Of a DNA stretch of 32,000 nucleotides, positions 28,273-32,000 are shown piece after piece (position 1 is the stretch's first letter; each line of letters begins with the position of its first letter). The notes under the pieces are model-generated. The model saw only the letters and a program-made list of their open reading frames with translations. It ran no database searches and was not told where the DNA came from. The stretch is from assembly GCF_000196355.1 (NCBI RefSeq), contig NC_007614.1:360001-392000 (forward strand), read 5' to 3'. Source of the DNA: Nitrosospira multiformis ATCC 25196. Lineage in GTDB: Bacteria > Pseudomonadota > Gammaproteobacteria > Burkholderiales > Nitrosomonadaceae. A program made the translations under genes and the position numbers.

Positions 28273-30942
28273 ATGGAACCTATACCGGATATAGACCCGA
28301 CTGAAACCCAGGAATGGCTGGAGGCGCTGGAATCCGTGTTGACGCACGAGGGGACGGAGCGGGCGCACTATCTGCTGGAAAGACTGGTGGAAAAAGCGCG
28401 CCGGTCAGGTGCCTATCTTCCCTATAGCGCCACCACGGCTTATATCAATACCATTCCTCCGGGAAAGGAAGAGTGGTCACCGGGAAATCATGCGCTGGAG
28501 CACCGCATCCGTTCCTATGTCCGCTGGAATTCCATGGCCATGGTGTTGCGCGCCAACCGGAATTCCAATGTCGGCGGGCATATTGCCAGCTTTGCCTCGG
28601 CCGCTACGCTATATGATGTCGGCTACAACCATTTCTGGCATGCCAGGTCGGAGAATCACGGTGGCGACCTGATATTTGCACAGGGGCATTCATCGCCCGG
28701 TCTTTATGCCTATGCTTTTCTGCTGGGGGAACTGACAGAGGAGCAGCTCAATAATTTCCGGCGGGAGGTGGGGGGAAAGGGACTGTCTTCCTATCCGCAT
28801 CCATGGCTGATGCCTGACTTCTGGCAGTTCCCGACGGTATCAATGGGACTTGGGCCGCTGATGGCGATATATCATGCGCGCTTCATGAAGTATCTGGATA
28901 GCCGCGGACTGGTCAAGACGGAGGGCCGAAAAGTGTGGGCCTTCATGGGCGATGGAGAAATGGATGAACCTGAATCACTGGGGTCCATTTCGCTTGCGTC
29001 GCGCGAGAACCTGGACAACCTGATTTTTGTCATCAACTGCAACCTTCAGCGTCTCGACGGGCCGGTGCGTGGAAATGGCAAGATCATTCAGGAACTGGAA
29101 GCCGCTTTTCGCGGTTCGGGCTGGAACGTCATCAAGGTAATCTGGGGCTCATACTGGGACCCATTGCTTGCCAAAGACACGAAGGGGTTGCTGCAACAAC
29201 GCATGATGGAATGCGTGGATGGCGAATATCAGACTTTCAAGTCGAGAGACGGCGCCTATGTGCGTGAACATTTCTTCGGCAAATATCCGGAGCTGCTCGA
29301 GATGGTGGCGAATATGTCCGACGATGACATATGGCGCCTGAACCGGGGCGGACACGATCCGCATAAGGTCTATGCCGCGTATTCAGCGGCGGTGAAGCAC
29401 AAGGGCCAGCCCACCGTGATCCTCGCCAAGACGATCAAGGGTTACGGGATGGGTGAAGCGGGCGAAGCCCAGAATATCACTCATCAGCAGAAAAAGATGG
29501 GTACCACTTCACTCAAAGCGTTTCGTGACCGTTTCGGTCTGCCAATCAGCGATGATGATATCGAGTCGGTACCCTACCTGAAATTCGACAAGGATTCGCC
29601 GGAATCCATCTACATGCACCAGCGACGCGAGGCATTGGGGGGGTTCATCCATCGTCGCCAGCGTAAGGCCGAGCCCTTGCAGATACCCCCGCTGTCCGCC
29701 TTCGACACTTTGCTCAAGGCAAGCGGTGAGGGAAGGGAATCTTCCACCACCATGGCTTTTGTGCGCATCCTCAATATCCTCATAAAGGACAAGAACATCG
29801 GCAAGCGGGTCGTGCCGATTGTGGCGGACGAGTCGCGCACCTTTGGCATGGAAGGCATGTTCCGGCAACTGGGCATCTGGTCTTCCACCGGGCAGCTTTA
29901 CACGCCCGAGGATGCTGAGCAACTGATGTACTATAAGGAAGACAAGAACGGCCAGATCCTGCAGGAAGGTATCAATGAGGCGGGGGCCATGTCATCATGG
30001 ATGGCCGCGGCAACTGCCTACAGTTCTCATGGCGTGCAGATGATCCCGTTCTACATTTACTATTCGATGTTCGGCTTCCAGCGCGTGGGGGATCTTTGCT
30101 GGGCGGCGGGAGACATGCGCTGCCGCGGCTTCCTGCTGGGGGGCACTGCCGGCCGCACCACACTGAATGGCGAGGGATTGCAGCATGAGGACGGTCACAG
30201 CCATCTGGCGGCATCGACTGTTCCCAATTGCATATCCTATGACCCGACCTTTGCCTACGAACTCACGGTCATTATCCGGGATGGCCTGCGCCGCATGTGC
30301 GAAATGCAGGAGGATGTCTATTACTACATCACAGTGATGAACGAAAACTATTCGCATCCGGAAATGCCTGCAGGGGCGGAAGAAGGAATTCTGAAAGGCA
30401 TGTACCTGTTCCGTGAAGGCAAGCCGGCAGGAGAAAAGGATTCCGGGTTGCGTGTTCAATTGCTCGGGTCCGGCGCCATTCTGCGCGAGGTGATTGCTGC
30501 GGCTGAAATACTGGAGGAGGAATTCGGTGTGACGGGTGATATCTGGAGTGTAACCAGCTTTACCCAGTTGAGACGCGAAGCGCTGGCGACAACGCGCTGG
30601 AACATGCTGCACCCCACAGAACCGGCAAGGCTGTCGCACGTCGGCACGTGTCTCAAGGACCGGGAAGGTCCAGTGGTGGCGGCTACGGACTACATGAAGA
30701 TTTTTGCCGACCAGATACGTGAATTTATTCCGGGGCGATACAAGGTGCTGGGTACAGATGGATTCGGACGTTCCGATACGCGCGAGCAATTGCGCCGCTT
30801 CTTCGAGGTCGACCGCCATTACATTACGATAGCCGCTCTGAAAGCGCTGGCCGAAGATGGCAGAATCGAGGCGGAAAGGGTGGCGCAGGCCATGGGCAAA
30901 TTCGGCCTCGATCCTGATAAACCCAATCCGATGACCATATAA
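28273..30942 (+). CDS. aceE: Pyruvate dehydrogenase E1 component (homodimeric type)
   Basis: The N-terminus DIDPTETQEWLEALESVL..EG.ERA.YLLE.L aligns with E. coli AceE. GDGEMDEPES is the ThDP-binding context. The 889-aa length fits. The start is moved from the track start at 28156, which overlaps the folD 3' end, to the ATG at 28273. Confidence 0.95.
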   Translation: MEPIPDIDPTETQEWLEALESVLTHEGTERAHYLLERLVEKARRSGAYLPYSATTAYINTIPPGKEEWSPGNHALEHRIRSYVRWNSMAMVLRANRNSNVGGHIASFASAATLYDVGYNHFWHARSENHGGDLIFAQGHSSPGLYAYAFLLGELTEEQLNNFRREVGGKGLSSYPHPWLMPDFWQFPTVSMGLGPLMAIYHARFMKYLDSRGLVKTEGRKVWAFMGDGEMDEPESLGSISLASRENLDNLIFVINCNLQRLDGPVRGNGKIIQELEAAFRGSGWNVIKVIWGSYWDPLLAKDTKGLLQQRMMECVDGEYQTFKSRDGAYVREHFFGKYPELLEMVANMSDDDIWRLNRGGHDPHKVYAAYSAAVKHKGQPTVILAKTIKGYGMGEAGEAQNITHQQKKMGTTSLKAFRDRFGLPISDDDIESVPYLKFDKDSPESIYMHQRREALGGFIHRRQRKAEPLQIPPLSAFDTLLKASGEGRESSTTMAFVRILNILIKDKNIGKRVVPIVADESRTFGMEGMFRQLGIWSSTGQLYTPEDAEQLMYYKEDKNGQILQEGINEAGAMSSWMAAATAYSSHGVQMIPFYIYYSMFGFQRVGDLCWAAGDMRCRGFLLGGTAGRTTLNGEGLQHEDGHSHLAASTVPNCISYDPTFAYELTVIIRDGLRRMCEMQEDVYYYITVMNENYSHPEMPAGAEEGILKGMYLFREGKPAGEKDSGLRVQLLGSGAILREVIAAAEILEEEFGVTGDIWSVTSFTQLRREALATTRWNMLHPTEPARLSHVGTCLKDREGPVVAATDYMKIFADQIREFIPGRYKVLGTDGFGRSDTREQLRRFFEVDRHYITIAALKALAEDGRIEAERVAQAMGKFGLDPDKPNPMTI

Positions 30943-31030
30943 GAAGGCGGCAGTGAACTTTTGGGCGCGGAGAAGGCTAGACAACAGGACCGGAGCGCTG
31001 CGTCGTTTGACCTTGTTCTTCATTGAGCCG

Positions 31031-31045
31031 CCAATTGCAAATTGG
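31031..31045. repeat. Perfect 6-3-6 palindrome CCAATTgcaAATTGG in the aceE-aceF spacer
   Basis: Read directly from the sequence. It is flanked at similar distances by a direct repeat CAGGA(C/GT)CGGAGCGCT (30985-30999 and 31073-31088). The function is unknown. Confidence 0.5.
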
Positions 31046-31163
31046 AACTGGGGGAACGGCGAACTGCACTACCAGGAGTCGGAGCGCTTGAAAGGCGGGA
31101 TCCTCCTGCTGTGATCATTTCGTTGTGGAAAGCCGGGATTATCTAATACGAGAAGGAAGAGGC

Positions 31164-32000
31164 GTGGCGGAGACTAAACAGGTATTGATTCCCGATATTG
31201 GCGACTTTAAAGACGTTCCCATAATAGAAGTGCTGGTGAAAGCCGGCGATTCGATCAAGGCGGAAGACTCCCTGATTGTGCTTGAATCGGACAAGGCCAC
31301 CATAGAAGTGCCTTCTCCTTTTGCTGGCATAATCAGAGAGTTATCCGTAAAGGTGGGCGATAAGGTATCGGAAGGTTCGCCCATCCTGACACTGGAAGCT
31401 TCAGAAGCGGAGCAAGCGCCGCCCGCTGAGCCACGAGAAGCGGCACCCGCTTCAACGCCGGCTCCCGCTCCAACCACCGCTTCTCCGGAACAGGCGCCGC
31501 GGCCGGCGACGCAACCTCGTGCGCAATCCCAATCTTCTGCGCAACCCCAATCATCGGGTTCTTCTCCACGCTCTGCATTCGTTCCTTCTCCGATAGATGA
31601 AGCTACGTTTGCGAAGGCACACGCCAGTCCTTCGGTTCGACGCTTTGCGCGCGAACTTGGCGTGAATCTGGGGCTGGTAAAGGGTAGCGGTGCCAAGCAG
31701 CGCATTCTCAAGGAAGATGTGCAGTCTTTTGTCAAGACTGAACTCTCCAAGCCAAGGGGTAGCGGGACCGAGCTCAATCTGCTGCCCTGGCCTCAACCCG
31801 ATTTTGCGAAATTCGGTCCCGTGGAATTTAAGCCGCTATCGCGGATCAAAAAAATATCCGGAGCGAATCTGCACCGCAACTGGGTCATGATTCCACACGT
31901 GACGCAGTTCGACGAAGCGGATATTACCGAGCTGGAAACCCTGCGCAAGGAAACAAACGAATCTTCAAAAGAAGAAGGGGTGAAAGTTACTCTGCTCGCG
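31164..32000 (+). CDS. aceF: Dihydrolipoamide acetyltransferase E2 component of pyruvate dehydrogenase, 3'-truncated by the window edge
   Basis: Not in the ORF track because it runs off the window. GTG at 31164 has GAAGGAAGAGG upstream. One lipoyl domain (VLESDKATIEVPSPFAG). An Ala/Pro/Gln linker follows. E3-binding domain ASPSVRRFARELGVNLGLVKGSGAKQRILKEDV. The catalytic domain begins at PLSRIKKISGANLHRNW. The frame is open to nt 32000. Confidence 0.92.
   Translation, partial: MAETKQVLIPDIGDFKDVPIIEVLVKAGDSIKAEDSLIVLESDKATIEVPSPFAGIIRELSVKVGDKVSEGSPILTLEASEAEQAPPAEPREAAPASTPAPAPTTASPEQAPRPATQPRAQSQSSAQPQSSGSSPRSAFVPSPIDEATFAKAHASPSVRRFARELGVNLGLVKGSGAKQRILKEDVQSFVKTELSKPRGSGTELNLLPWPQPDFAKFGPVEFKPLSRIKKISGANLHRNWVMIPHVTQFDEADITELETLRKETNESSKEEGVKVTLLA

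Noticed and set aside
29995-31023. A 342-aa minus-strand ORF. The same reasoning covers 31139..31777 (minus strand, 212 aa).
   Set aside because: They are antisense to aceE and aceF respectively. Both sense genes have unambiguous homology, and the antisense products are Arg/Ala/Ser-rich with no motifs.

Overview
The window is mostly core chromosome, probably from a beta-proteobacterium of about 53-55% GC. The lineage guess rests on a c-551/552-type cytochrome, a 557-aa IlvD and a COQ7-type ubiquinone hydroxylase, and is low confidence. I support 28 protein-coding genes (two cut by the window edges), one pseudogene fragment, one strong intrinsic terminator and a few weak regulatory candidates. 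By eye I found no rRNA, tRNA, CRISPR array, transposase, integrase, toxin-antitoxin pair or recognisable defence gene.

The only system-level item of interest is the left 7.6 kb. It holds a translationally coupled chemosensory operon: MCP (5' end off-window), CheA-REC hybrid kinase, CheB, and a 980-aa REC-GAF-GAF-GGDEF-EAL protein. The layout resembles the Wsp pathway, but the output protein has a degenerate GGDEF motif (SADYF) and an apparently complete EAL domain. The predicted output is therefore c-di-GMP hydrolysis rather than synthesis. A frameshifted EAL-domain remnant lies directly downstream.

The remaining genes are housekeeping or conserved-unknown: pteridine-reductase-like SDR, MidA-family methyltransferase, CBS protein, GlcF-like Fe-S protein, Ser/Thr dehydratase, Coq7, OsmC, YdcF, cytochrome c, DUF255 thioredoxin-domain protein, IlvD, Lgt, a small methyltransferase, an exported START protein, YnfA, a DUF4156 lipoprotein, a DCC/DUF393 protein, PyrC, an AIF-like flavoprotein, a 2-TM hypothetical, FolD, AceE and AceF (3' end off-window).

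Several ORF-track starts are over-extended and are corrected below (MidA, Coq7, YdcF, cytochrome c, FolD, AceE). The long antisense and alternate-frame ORFs are treated as GC-driven shadows.
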